DNA of 63,110 nt, counting the filler, from Licmophora abbreviata (Eukaryota), in assembly GCA_900291995.1 (NCBI GenBank). It is 9 parts of 9 records of this genome, joined end to end, with 100 filler letters (N's around TTAATTAATTAA, not from the genome) between each part and the next. Parts side by side here need not be neighbours in the genome. Positions count along the whole stretch, not along the records: positions 29,233 to 39,678 come from OLMU01001070.1; positions 39,779 to 53,435 come from OLMU01001071.1; 7 more parts are not named here. One strand, written 5' to 3'. Numbering within the stretch: the first letter of the stretch is position 1; each line of letters begins with the position of its first letter. Shown piece after piece: positions 39,035 through 49,057 of the stretch. The position numbers and the translations under genes are program-made. The notes beneath the pieces were generated by a model. It ran no database searches. It was not told where the DNA came from and saw only the letters and a program-made list of their open reading frames with translations.

Positions 39035-40568
39035 ATGAGCCATTATGACCTGATCATCATCGGCTCGGGCCCGGCGGGCCGGGCCGCCGCCATTCAGGCC
39101 GGCAAGCTCAAGCGCCGGGTGCTGGTGATTGACCGCAAGGACCGGTTCGGCGGCGTGTCGGTGCATACCGGCACGATCCCCTCCAAGACCCTTCGGGAAA
39201 CCGTGCTGAACCTCTCGGGCTGGCGCGAACGCAGCTTCTATGGCCGCTCCTACCGGGTCAAGGACGATATCGGCGCCCACGACCTCAAGGCGCGCCTGCA
39301 CAAGACCCTCGATTACGAGGTCGACGTGCTCGAACACCAGTTCAACCGCAACCATGTGGACACTCTGAACGGCGCCGCTCGCTTCACCGGCCCGCACGAG
39401 ATCGAGGTCGCCACCGAAGCCGGCGAAAAGACCATCCTCACCGCCGACCGCTTCCTGATCGCCACAGGCACGAAAACCTACCGCCCCGAGACCGTGCCCT
39501 TCAACGGCACCAGCGTCGTGGACAGCGACGAGTTCCTCGACCTCGCCCAGATCCCCCGCAGCCTGATCGTGGTGGGCGCCGGGGTGATCGGCGTGGAATA
39601 CGCCACGATGTTTTCCGCGCTCGACGTCCGTGTGACCCTGATCGAACCGCGCGAGACGTTTCTCGATTTCATCGACCGNNNNNNNNNNNNNNNNNNNNNN
39701 NNNNNNNNNNNNNNNNNNNNNNTTAATTAATTAANNNNNNNNNNNNNNNNNNNNNNNNNNNNNNNNNNNNNNNNNNNNAAACGGGGTCGATCTGCGCCTC
39801 GGCAGCGCCATCGACCGGATCGAGACAACCCCCGGCCATGTCGAGGTCAGCCTCGCCAATGGCCGCCATATCCGCGCCGAGATGCTGCTCTTCGCCGCCG
39901 GTCGCATGGGCGCGACCGACGGTCTGAACCTCTCCGCCGCCGGGCTGAAGTCCGATCACCGTGGACGCCTGTCGGTGGACCGCAAGACCTACCAGACCGA
40001 CATCCCGCATATCTACGCCGCAGGCGACGTGATCGGGCATCCGTCGCTGGCCTCCACGTCATTGCAGCAGGGCCGCGTCGCCGCCTGCCATGCGCTCGAC
40101 ACACCCACCCTGCCGGAAAGCCCCTGGTTTCCCTATGGCATCTATTCGGTGCCCGAAATCTCCACTTGCGGGATGTCCGAAGAAGAGATGCAAGAGCGTG
40201 GCATCCCCTACGAGGTCGGCGTCGCCCGCTTCCGCGAAACCTCGCGTGGCCATATCATGGGGCTGGAACATGGCATGCTGAAAATGCTCTTCAGCCTGAA
40301 AACCCGCCGCGTTCTGGGGGTGCAGATCGTCGGCGAAGGCGCGACCGAGCTGATCCACATCGCCCAGGCGGTGCTCAATCTCAAAGGCACGGTGGATTAT
40401 TTCGTGCAGAACACCTTCAACTATCCCACCCTCGCCGAAGCCTACAAGATCGCCGGTCTCGACGCGTTCAACCGCATGCCCATCCCCGAGGAATACAAGG
40501 TCCGCCGCGATCCCGCCGCTGCCCCTGCGACCCTGCCGGGCGACACATCCGCGGATCCCTCTCCATGA
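39035..40568 (+). CDS. sthA: Soluble pyridine nucleotide transhydrogenase, spans a gap
   Basis: [27 protein letters not shown] and [11 protein letters not shown] motifs. Confidence 0.92.
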
Positions 40569-41026
40569 GCATCTATGTCGACGCCGATGCCTGCCCCGTG
40601 AAGGCCGAGGTCGAAAAGGTCGGCACCCGCCACAAGGTGCAGATGTTCATCGTCTCGAACGGCGGCCTGCGCCCCTCGCAGAACCCTCTGGTCGAAACGG
40701 TCATCGTGCCCGAAGGCCCCGACGTGGCCGACCAGTGGATCGCCGACCGGGCCAGACCGGGCGACGTGGTGATCACCGGCGACATCCCTCTGGCCGCCAA
40801 ATGCGTGGCCTCCGGCGCGCTGGTGCTCAAGCATAACGGCGAGCCTCTGACCGAGGCCAATATCGGCAACGTCCTGGCCACCCGCGACCTGATGGCCGAT
40901 CTTCGCGCCGCCGATCCGTTCCGCCAGGGCGGCGGCAAGGGCTTCTCTCGCGCCGACCGCTCCCGCTTCCTCGACGCCCTCGAACGCGCCCTCCGCTCCG
41001 CCGCCACCCATCGCCCCGGCGCCTGA
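40565..41026 (+). CDS. YaiI/YqxD family protein
   Basis: [18 protein letters not shown] and TGDIPLA motifs. Confidence 0.9.
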   Translation: MSIYVDADACPVKAEVEKVGTRHKVQMFIVSNGGLRPSQNPLVETVIVPEGPDVADQWIADRARPGDVVITGDIPLAAKCVASGALVLKHNGEPLTEANIGNVLATRDLMADLRAADPFRQGGGKGFSRADRSRFLDALERALRSAATHRPGA

Positions 41027-41174
41027 CCTCTGCCCCCCCTTTCATCGTTCCCCAAATACTCAAACCCCGTCCGGGCCCGCACGTCATCCGCTCCTTCCGC
41101 GAACCGACCCCGGGGGTTTACAAACCGCGACCGCTCCTCTCATGTATCCCCCACAGGACAAGCCGCGGATCTTC

Positions 41175-42140
41175 ATGACCACCTCTGCCATTCAGCGATC
41201 CAACTTGATGGGCGCGCTTTTTGCGCTTGCGGCGGTGATGTGCTTTTCGCTCAACGATGTCGGCATCAAGTTCCTGTCCGACCGCTATGCGCTGCATCAG
41301 GTGATCCTGATCCGCTCGGTGATCGGCACGCTGATCCTTCTGGCGGTCATCATGCCGCTGGCCGGTGGGCTGCGCGTGATGCGCACACGGCGGCTCGGGG
41401 CGCATCTGTTGCGCGGGGTCTGCGTGGTCTTCGCCAATATGTGCCTATTTCTGGGTCTGGCGGCGATGCCCATCGCCGATGCGGTGGCGGTGTTCTTCGT
41501 CTCTCCGCTCATCATCACCATCTTCTCGGTGATCTTCCTGCGTGAAACCGTGGGCGCGCGCCGATGGGCGGCGATCGCCGTGGGCTTCATCGGGGTAATG
41601 GTGATCGTCAAGCCCGGCACCACGGCGTTTCAATTGGCGTCGCTTCTGCCGATCGCGGCGGCCACGCTCTATGCGGTCATGCATATCGTCGCCCGCAAGA
41701 TCGGCGGGACCGAAAGTGCCGCGACCATGGCGTTCTACATCCAGTCCACCTTCATCGTGGCCAGCGTGATCTTCGGCCTGACCCTCGGCCATGGCAGCTT
41801 TGCAGGCTCCGGGCATCCATCACTGGAATTCCTGCTGCGCGCCTGGGGGCCCATCGCGCCCGAAGATTGGCCGATCCTCGCCATGCTGGGGGTGTCCGGC
41901 GTGTTCGGCGGTTTTTTCATCTCTCAGGCCTACCGGCTGTCCGAGGCCGCCTTCGCCGCGCCCTTCGAATATGTCGCCATGCCGATGGCGATCATGTGGG
42001 GCGTCACCGTCTTCGGCACATGGCCCGCCCCCACCGCATGGATCGGCATCGCGCTCATCATCGGCTCGGGCCTCTATCTCATCTGGCGCGAGTCCACCAA
42101 GGGCCGCACCTTGACGGCCAAAGACCCGAGCAGAAGGTAA
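41175..42140 (+). CDS. DMT/EamA family transporter
   Basis: About 10 TM segments; FLRETVGARRW and APFEY motifs; alternative start at 41142. Confidence 0.88.
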   Translation: MTTSAIQRSNLMGALFALAAVMCFSLNDVGIKFLSDRYALHQVILIRSVIGTLILLAVIMPLAGGLRVMRTRRLGAHLLRGVCVVFANMCLFLGLAAMPIADAVAVFFVSPLIITIFSVIFLRETVGARRWAAIAVGFIGVMVIVKPGTTAFQLASLLPIAAATLYAVMHIVARKIGGTESAATMAFYIQSTFIVASVIFGLTLGHGSFAGSGHPSLEFLLRAWGPIAPEDWPILAMLGVSGVFGGFFISQAYRLSEAAFAAPFEYVAMPMAIMWGVTVFGTWPAPTAWIGIALIIGSGLYLIWRESTKGRTLTAKDPSRR

Positions 42141-42144
42141 TCGC

Positions 42145-42765
42145 ATGACCATCAACGCCGTCATTTTCGACATCGGCAATGTCCTGATCGAATGGCAGCC
42201 GGAACGGCGCATGGCCGAACGCATCGGCGCGGCGCGGGCCGCCCAACTCTTTGCGGCGTTCGACGTTCATGCCATGATGACCCGGATCGACAGCGGCGAG
42301 GATTTCGCCGCCGTCATCCACGAGACCGCCTCCGCCCATCCCGACTGGCACGACGACATCGCGCTGTTTCATTCCGACTGGACCGGCATCGCCCAACCCG
42401 ACATCCCCCATTCCGTCCGCCTGCTGCGCGCCTTGCGCGCGCGGCGCGTTCCGGTCTTTGCGCTGACCAATTTCGGCGCGGCGAACTTTCCGCTCAGCGC
42501 CGCGCAATTCCCCTTCCTGACCGAATTCGACCGCCATTACATCTCGGGCGAGATGGGCCTCGCCAAACCCAACCCCGCCATCTATGCCGCCGTCGAGGCC
42601 GATTGCGGGTTTGCGCCTGAAAGCCTTCTCTTCGCCGATGACCGCGCAGACAACATCTCCGCCGCCGCGGCGCGCGGCTGGAAAACCCATCTGTTTGCAG
42701 ACCCTGCCGATTGGGCGCAAACTCTGATAGACTACGGATTACTGACCAAGAACGAGGCCGCATGA
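42145..42765 (+). CDS. HAD-family phosphatase
   Basis: FDIGNVL, LTNF, KP and FADD motifs. Confidence 0.9.
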   Translation: MTINAVIFDIGNVLIEWQPERRMAERIGAARAAQLFAAFDVHAMMTRIDSGEDFAAVIHETASAHPDWHDDIALFHSDWTGIAQPDIPHSVRLLRALRARRVPVFALTNFGAANFPLSAAQFPFLTEFDRHYISGEMGLAKPNPAIYAAVEADCGFAPESLLFADDRADNISAAAARGWKTHLFADPADWAQTLIDYGLLTKNEAA

Positions 42766-43679
42766 GCATCACCATCATCCCTTTCGACGAGGGCGAAGCG
42801 CATCTTGACTGGCTGGCCCTCTGCGATGCGTTCGAGGCGGGTCACAAACTCCCCCGCGCCGAGATCGCCGACACGTTCCTTTACCGCGACCCCGATACGA
42901 TGCTCAATCGCGCCGCATGGATCGACGGGCTGGGCATGGCCGTCAAGACAGCGACGATCTTCCCCGGCAATCCGGGGCGCGGCGCGCCGATGGTCAACGG
43001 GGCGGTCAATCTCTATGACGATGCGGGCGGCACCTTGTCGGCTCTGGTGGATTTCCACCTCGTGACCAAGTGGAAGACCGCCGGTGACAGCCTTTATGCC
43101 GCGCGCAGACTGGCCCGCCCCGACAGTCGGAATATCCTGATCGTCGGCGCCGGCACCGTGGGCCGCTCACTGGTTGAGGCCTATTCCGCCGCTTTCCCCG
43201 ATGCCCGCTTCACGGTCTGGAACCGGACGCGGGCAAATGCCGAAGCGATGGCCGCCGACTGCCCCGGCCTGCAGGTGGCCGATGATCTGGAAGCCGCCGT
43301 GCGCGCCGCCGATATCGTGACCTGCGCCACCATGTCCACCGAACCGATCCTCAAGGGTGACTGGCTGCAGCCCGGCCAGCATATCGACCTTATCGGCGCC
43401 TACCGCCCCGACATGCGCGAGGCCGACGACACCGCCATCTCCCGTGCGCGGGTGTTCGTGGACAGTTTCAACACCACGGTGGGCCATATCGGCGAGATCA
43501 AGATCCCGCTCGAGACAGGCACCATCACCCGCGACGCGCTGATCGCGGATTACTACCAGCCGCAGGCGTTCCAGCGCCGCTCCGAGGATGAGATCACCCT
43601 CTTCAAGAATGGCGGCGGCGCGCATCTCGACCTGATGACCAGCCGCTATATCCTCGACGCCTGGCAGGGTTCACAATGA
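42762..43679 (+). CDS. Ornithine cyclodeaminase/mu-crystallin family protein
   Basis: KTAGDS, GAGTVG, WNRT and FKNGGGAHLDL motifs. Confidence 0.88.
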   Translation: MSITIIPFDEGEAHLDWLALCDAFEAGHKLPRAEIADTFLYRDPDTMLNRAAWIDGLGMAVKTATIFPGNPGRGAPMVNGAVNLYDDAGGTLSALVDFHLVTKWKTAGDSLYAARRLARPDSRNILIVGAGTVGRSLVEAYSAAFPDARFTVWNRTRANAEAMAADCPGLQVADDLEAAVRAADIVTCATMSTEPILKGDWLQPGQHIDLIGAYRPDMREADDTAISRARVFVDSFNTTVGHIGEIKIPLETGTITRDALIADYYQPQAFQRRSEDEITLFKNGGGAHLDLMTSRYILDAWQGSQ

Positions 43680-44599
43680 TCTGGTGGGTGCTCGCAGCCA
43701 TCGTCTTGACGATCCTGCTGGCACCCTTTCTGGCCGAAGCCCTGCGCCCGGCCCTGTCGGATGCGGACCGTGCCGATGCGCCGGGGCAAATGGCCGATCT
43801 CCCGCTTGGACCCACGCATTACCAATGGCTCGGCGCGCAGTCCGGGCCGCTCATCGTCTGCGTGCATGGGCTGACGACGCCCTCTTTCGTGTGGTATCCC
43901 ATCGCCGCCGGTCTGGGGCGTCTGGGGTTTCGGGTGCTGGTCTATGACCTATATGGGCGTGGCTGGTCGGCGCGACCGCGCGGCGGTCAGGACAGCGATT
44001 TTTTCGTGACCCAGCTCGAAGACCTGCTCGATGCGCTCGATATTGACGAGCCGATTACCCTTATGGGCTATTCCATGGGCGGCGTGATCGCTGCCGCTTT
44101 CGCTGCGCGCCATGCGGATCGCCTGCGCCAGCTTGTGCTGCTCGCACCCGCTGGCATGGGCCACGATCTTGGCCCCATCGCGCGGCTTGTGGTCAATCAC
44201 GACTGGCTGGGCCGCTGGCTCTTCATGGCGCTCTATGGCCGTCAGTTCCGCGCCGCGACGGAAGCCGAGCGTGGTCTCGACACCAGCATCGACAACGTCG
44301 TCGATCTCCAGCAGGCCCAGTTGCGCTGGCGCGGGTTTCGTGGGGCGGTCCTGTCGTCACTGCGTGGCGCGCTGGACGAGGATATCGCCCCCGCCCACCG
44401 CGCCATCGCCTCGGTCGGCCTGCCGGTTCTGGCGATCTGGGCGCGCGAGGACGAGGTGATCCCGATCTCCGGCATGGGGCGGCTGGCCGAATGGAACCGC
44501 GATGCCCGGCAGGAAATGATCTCGGGCGCAAGCCATGCGCTCGCCTATACCCATGACGCCGAGGTGGTCGATCTTCTGGATGTCCTGTTGACCCGCTAA
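43676..44599 (+). CDS. Alpha/beta hydrolase with N-terminal membrane anchor
   Basis: VHG, DLYGRGWS and GYSMGG motifs. Confidence 0.88.
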   Translation: MIWWVLAAIVLTILLAPFLAEALRPALSDADRADAPGQMADLPLGPTHYQWLGAQSGPLIVCVHGLTTPSFVWYPIAAGLGRLGFRVLVYDLYGRGWSARPRGGQDSDFFVTQLEDLLDALDIDEPITLMGYSMGGVIAAAFAARHADRLRQLVLLAPAGMGHDLGPIARLVVNHDWLGRWLFMALYGRQFRAATEAERGLDTSIDNVVDLQQAQLRWRGFRGAVLSSLRGALDEDIAPAHRAIASVGLPVLAIWAREDEVIPISGMGRLAEWNRDARQEMISGASHALAYTHDAEVVDLLDVLLTR

Positions 44600-44713
44600 A
44601 GCGTTTCGCGAAAAACCTGACTCACAGATTTTCGCGAAATGCAGTGCTCCGTTCAATCGTTGCGCGCGTTCCGTCTGTCGCTGATGCCTCAGGTTAAAGG
44701 CGGAACGCTTTAG
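44596..44713. mobile_element. 118-bp MITE/CIR-like element with terminal inverted repeats
   Basis: CTAAAGCGTTTCGC ... GCGGAACGCTTTAG (13/14 inverted match); internal TTTCGCGAAAA/TTTTCGCGAAA hairpin around a GACTC site. Confidence 0.7.
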
Positions 44714-44725
44714 GCTAGGGTTCCC

Positions 44726-45979
44726 TCAGCTTGCCATGGCCAAGGGTGGCGGCGGTGTGCTGCGGCGCTCGCGCACCGGCAGATGCACCAGCGCCGAGAA
44801 CGCGCCCACCCCCACGCCGATCCACCACACCAGCGTATAGTCGCCATGCAGGTCATACATCCGCCCGCCCAGCCAGACGCCCAAAAAACTGCCAAGCTGG
44901 TGGCTGAAGAACACGATCCCATAGAGCGTGCCCATATAGCGGATGCCGTAGATATGCGCGATCAGCCCGCTGGTCAGGGGCACCGTGGCCAGCCACAGCG
45001 ATCCCATCGCCGCCGCGAAGATCAGCACGCTTGTGGGCGTCATCGGTACCAGGATGAACACCGCCGCAACCACCGTGCGCGCGGCGTAAATGCCGGCCAG
45101 CAGGTATTTACGCGAATACCTCTTGCCCAGCCATCCCGCGCTCAGCGTGCCCGCGATATTCGCCAGCCCGATCACCGCGATCGCCATCGCGCCAAGCGCC
45201 GATGTCGTCGTCACCCCAATCGAATGCAGCACGCCGCCCGCCATGATCGGCCCGCACATTTCTGTGACGAAGGCCGGGAAATGCGCCGTCACAAAGGCAA
45301 GCTGATACCCACAGCTGAAGAACCCCACGAAGATCAGCGTGAAGGACGGATCGCGAAACGCTCGGCCCAGAACCGTGCTCATGCTCTCTTCCAGCTCGGC
45401 GCGGCTGGCTGGTGCCGGACTGCGCATCATCGGCAGGAACGCCAGCGTCGCCAGCACCGCGCCCGCAAACACGAGGAACACCATCTGCCAATCCATCACG
45501 CTCAACAGCGCCTCGGCCACCGGCGGCCCGAACACCTGTCCCGCCGATCCCGCCGCCGTGGCGATGCCAAGGCTCATCGATCGGTTTTCCTCGGAACTGG
45601 CCCGTCCCACCACTGCAAGGATCACCCCGAACCCGGTGCCCGCGATACCGAAGCCGACAAGGATTTCATAAAGCTGATGCGCCTCCGGCGTCACCGCGAA
45701 GGACGACAGCACCAGCCCGGCGGCATAGGTCACCGCCCCCAGCACGATCGCCTTGCGATCCCCGATCCGTTCCGCCAGCGCCCCGAAGATCGGCTGCCCG
45801 ATCCCCCATGCCAGGTTCTGTATGGCAATCGCCAGGCTGAACTCGGCCCGCAGCCAGCCGAACTCCTCGGCAATCGGGATCTGGAACACGCCGAAAGACG
45901 CGCGCACCGCGAACGACACCAGCATGATGGCGCAGCCCGCGATCAGAACGGGCGTGAACAAGGGCGCGGATGGTTTCAT
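44726..45979 (-). CDS. MFS transporter
   Basis: About 12 TM segments; GALAERIGDR, CGYQLAF and HQLGSFLG motifs. Confidence 0.9.
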   Translation of the reverse strand: MKPSAPLFTPVLIAGCAIMLVSFAVRASFGVFQIPIAEEFGWLRAEFSLAIAIQNLAWGIGQPIFGALAERIGDRKAIVLGAVTYAAGLVLSSFAVTPEAHQLYEILVGFGIAGTGFGVILAVVGRASSEENRSMSLGIATAAGSAGQVFGPPVAEALLSVMDWQMVFLVFAGAVLATLAFLPMMRSPAPASRAELEESMSTVLGRAFRDPSFTLIFVGFFSCGYQLAFVTAHFPAFVTEMCGPIMAGGVLHSIGVTTTSALGAMAIAVIGLANIAGTLSAGWLGKRYSRKYLLAGIYAARTVVAAVFILVPMTPTSVLIFAAAMGSLWLATVPLTSGLIAHIYGIRYMGTLYGIVFFSHQLGSFLGVWLGGRMYDLHGDYTLVWWIGVGVGAFSALVHLPVRERRSTPPPPLAMAS

Positions 45980-46110
45980 GGGGAACGTCCTGAACCTGAG
46001 CACCGCCATAATGATCAAACCCCGCCGCGCGTCAATTCAGGTCTCGTGATGCCCCCCATCACCAAAGCGACGGCTTTTCTTGCCGCGCGTGTCGCGCTAT
46101 GCGGAACGCC

Positions 46111-47175
46111 ATGAACACTCTGACCGATCTCTATGCCGAAAAGGTGGCCACCGGGGCGCTGACCCCCGATCCCGCGCAGCGCGCCGTGCTGCCCGAGTTC
46201 GACCGTATCCGCGACGCCCTCGCCCAACCTGCGCCCAAGGGCTGGTTCCGTCGCCGTGCGCCCGAAGCGCCCCCCGGTCTTTACCTCTGGGGTGGGGTGG
46301 GGCGCGGCAAGTCGATGCTGATGGACCTCTTTGTGGAAACCGTGCCGGTGCCTGCGCGTCGCGTGCATTTCCATGCCTTCATGCAGGAAATCCATGCCGG
46401 GATGCACACCGCCCGCCAGCGCGGGATCGAGGATGCCCTGGCCCCCGTCGCCAAATCCGTTTCCGACGATCTGCGCCTTCTGGCCTTCGACGAAATGCAG
46501 ATCACCGACATCACCGACGCGATGATCGTGGGCCGCCTGTTTCAGGCGCTCTTCGATGCCGGCGTCGTGGTGGTGACCACCTCCAACCGCCCGCCCGATG
46601 ACCTCTACAAGAACGGTCTCAACCGGCAGCTTTTCCTGCCCTTCATCGACCTCATCAAGACCCGCATGGTCGTGCACCAGATGGACGGCCCGACCGATTA
46701 CCGGCAGGATCGGCTCTCGGGCAGTCCCACCTATTTCACCCCGCTCGGCCCCGACACGCGCGCTCAGCTCGAAACCCTCTGGACCGAGCTGACCGATGCG
46801 CAGCCCGCCCCGCCGCTGACCCTGCATGTCCAGAAACGCGAGGTCACGATCCCCGCCTTCCGCAACGGCGTGTCGCGCGCCAGCTTCTATGATCTCTGCG
46901 GCAAACCGCTCGGCCCCGCCGATTATCTGGCCCTTGCCGCCGCCGCGCGTGTGCTGGTGCTGGAAAACATCCCCCAGCTCGGTCGCTCCAACTTCAACGA
47001 GGCCAAACGCTTCGTCACCCTGATCGACGCTTTATACGAGGCCAAGGTGCAACTGATCTGCTCGGCCGCCGCCGATCCCGAATATCTCTATCTCGAAGGC
47101 GAGGGCAGTTTCGAATTCGAACGCACCGCCAGCCGCCTGCGTGAAATGCAATCCGACGGCTGGGGCGCTGCCTGA
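46111..47175 (+). CDS. zapE: AFG1/ZapE family ATPase
   Basis: GGVGRGKS, HFHAFM, FDEMQ, TSNRPP and RTASRL motifs. Confidence 0.92.
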   Translation: MNTLTDLYAEKVATGALTPDPAQRAVLPEFDRIRDALAQPAPKGWFRRRAPEAPPGLYLWGGVGRGKSMLMDLFVETVPVPARRVHFHAFMQEIHAGMHTARQRGIEDALAPVAKSVSDDLRLLAFDEMQITDITDAMIVGRLFQALFDAGVVVVTTSNRPPDDLYKNGLNRQLFLPFIDLIKTRMVVHQMDGPTDYRQDRLSGSPTYFTPLGPDTRAQLETLWTELTDAQPAPPLTLHVQKREVTIPAFRNGVSRASFYDLCGKPLGPADYLALAAAARVLVLENIPQLGRSNFNEAKRFVTLIDALYEAKVQLICSAAADPEYLYLEGEGSFEFERTASRLREMQSDGWGAA

Positions 47176-47181
47176 CCCGGC

Positions 47182-47901
47182 TCAGGTCTTGGCCGTCGCC
47201 TGCAACCAGTTGATATAGAGCCGCTCGGCCATATCGTTGAACATGGGCATTTTGGCCGCGCAGTCCGCCTCCAGCCGCTCCACGGCGCCCGCGCCCAAAG
47301 CCGCCTCCAGCGCACCCGCATATTCCGGAATGTCGGCCCAGACCCGCACTGTGTCCGGCTCGACCTCCATGTGGAACTGCATCGAATAGGCCCGCGTGCC
47401 CCATTTCATCGCCTGCACCGCGCAATCCGGCGATGTCGCCAGAACCTGTCCGCCGGGCGGCAGGGCCGTCACCTCCGCGCCATGCCATTGCAGCGCTGGA
47501 AACACCTCGGGCAGCCCGTCGAACAGAACGCCGCTTGCGCCTGCCTCGGTCAGCATCACATCCAGCACGCCGACCTCCGGGCGCTCGGATTTGCCCACCG
47601 TGCCGCCAAGCGCCTCGGCCAGCAGTTGATGCCCAAGACAAAGGCCCAGAAACGGCATCCCGCGTTCTTCCACCGCCTCCCGGATATAGGCCTTTTCGGC
47701 CACCAGCCAGGGATGCGCGTCCTCCTGCCAGACATCCATCGGCCCCCCCATGACCCACAGCGCGTCATAGCCGTCGATCTGGGGCAGCGCCTCGCCCTCA
47801 TCCAGTTCGACGGCATCCCATGTATGGCCATCCTCGGCCAGGAACTTTCGGAAGATGCCGGGATGTTCGACGCGCTCATGTTGCAGAACAAGGATATGCA
47901 T
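47182..47901 (-). CDS. Type 1 glutamine amidotransferase
   Basis: GGPM, GLCLGHQ, QWH and QFHME motifs. Confidence 0.9.
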   Translation of the reverse strand: MHILVLQHERVEHPGIFRKFLAEDGHTWDAVELDEGEALPQIDGYDALWVMGGPMDVWQEDAHPWLVAEKAYIREAVEERGMPFLGLCLGHQLLAEALGGTVGKSERPEVGVLDVMLTEAGASGVLFDGLPEVFPALQWHGAEVTALPPGGQVLATSPDCAVQAMKWGTRAYSMQFHMEVEPDTVRVWADIPEYAGALEAALGAGAVERLEADCAAKMPMFNDMAERLYINWLQATAKT

Positions 47902-48010
47902 GCGGGCCTCCAATGCGATCGGTCGCGCCAACGGTAGGGGGGCTGCGCGCCTTGGGCAAGCATCCAGCAGGGCTTTGCGCAATTCGCGCCCACCCTGCCG
48001 GTTTCTGCCC

Positions 48011-48970
48011 CTACCTGTAGGACGAGGGCGGCCCCCCGAAATGCTGCGCGTAGACCCGTGAGAAATGCGAGGAACTGGCAAACCCCGTCGCCAGCGCGAT
48101 CTCGGTCAGGCTCAGCGGCGAATTGCGCAAAAGGCTCTGCGCCTTGTCCAGCCGCAATTCCCGGTAATAGCGCATCGTGGACCGGCCCAGTCTGTCCTGA
48201 AAAAGCCGGTTCAACTGCCTTGGCGACAGTCCCGCATAGGCCGCCAGCCGCTCGAGTGGCAGCGGCTCGGCCACATGCGCCTCCATCGCCTCGACCGCAT
48301 CAAGGATCGCCGGGGTGTTCGATCCCACCCGCTCGACCAGCCCCGCGCGCTGCGGCCCGATCGATGGGCGCACCTCGGTATGCATGAACCAGTCGCTCAC
48401 CAGCCGCGCAAAGGGCGCCCCGTGATGCTGGCTTATCAGCGCATGCATCAGGTCCATCGGCGCGGTCCCCCCGGCACAGGTCACCCGATCGCGGTCGATC
48501 ACGTAAAGCGTCCTCTCGATCAGCAGATGCGGCGAGATTTCGGCAAGTGCTGCGGCATGTTCCCAATGCACCGTCATCCGCCGTCCCGCCATCAGCCCGG
48601 CGCGCGCAAGGATGATCGGCCCGCCCGACACGCCCCCAAGCGGCACACCCTCGCGCGCCAGCCTTGCCAGCCATGTCATCACCCGCCGGTCGTCATATCC
48701 CGTCGGATCGCCGCCCGCGACAACGAACAGGTAATCCAGATCCAGATCGTCGCCCACCCGCGCTTGCGGCATCACCACCGCCGCACCGGAACTCGCCACC
48801 GGCGCGGGGCTGGTCGACACATTCACCATGTCGTAAAGCACCCGGCGCGCCAGCAGGTTCGCCGCGCGCATCGGCTCCACCAGCGACGCATAGGACATCA
48901 TCGCGAACCCCTCGACCGGCAGAATGCCGATTCGTCGGGTGGTCACAGTTTTTGTACCAATCTCGTCCAT
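48011..48970 (-). CDS. GlxA-family (DJ-1 plus AraC) regulator, divergent from the sox operon
   Basis: TVHWEH, TCAGG, LSPRQLNRLF and GFASSSHFSR motifs. Confidence 0.9.
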   Translation of the reverse strand: MDEIGTKTVTTRRIGILPVEGFAMMSYASLVEPMRAANLLARRVLYDMVNVSTSPAPVASSGAAVVMPQARVGDDLDLDYLFVVAGGDPTGYDDRRVMTWLARLAREGVPLGGVSGGPIILARAGLMAGRRMTVHWEHAAALAEISPHLLIERTLYVIDRDRVTCAGGTAPMDLMHALISQHHGAPFARLVSDWFMHTEVRPSIGPQRAGLVERVGSNTPAILDAVEAMEAHVAEPLPLERLAAYAGLSPRQLNRLFQDRLGRSTMRYYRELRLDKAQSLLRNSPLSLTEIALATGFASSSHFSRVYAQHFGGPPSSYR

Positions 48971-49004
48971 AAAATGAAAATAAACGTCCGTTTCGGAAAA
49001 GTCC
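48965..49004. promoter_or_regulatory. Possible AraC/GlxA-type direct-repeat operator
   Basis: GTCC...GAAAA units starting at 48965 and 48986 (21-bp period) upstream of soxB. Confidence 0.4.
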
Positions 49005-49057
49005 ATTTCCTGAAGACCGGTCATTGTAGACTGGACCACTGATAGGAAGCGATGCCA

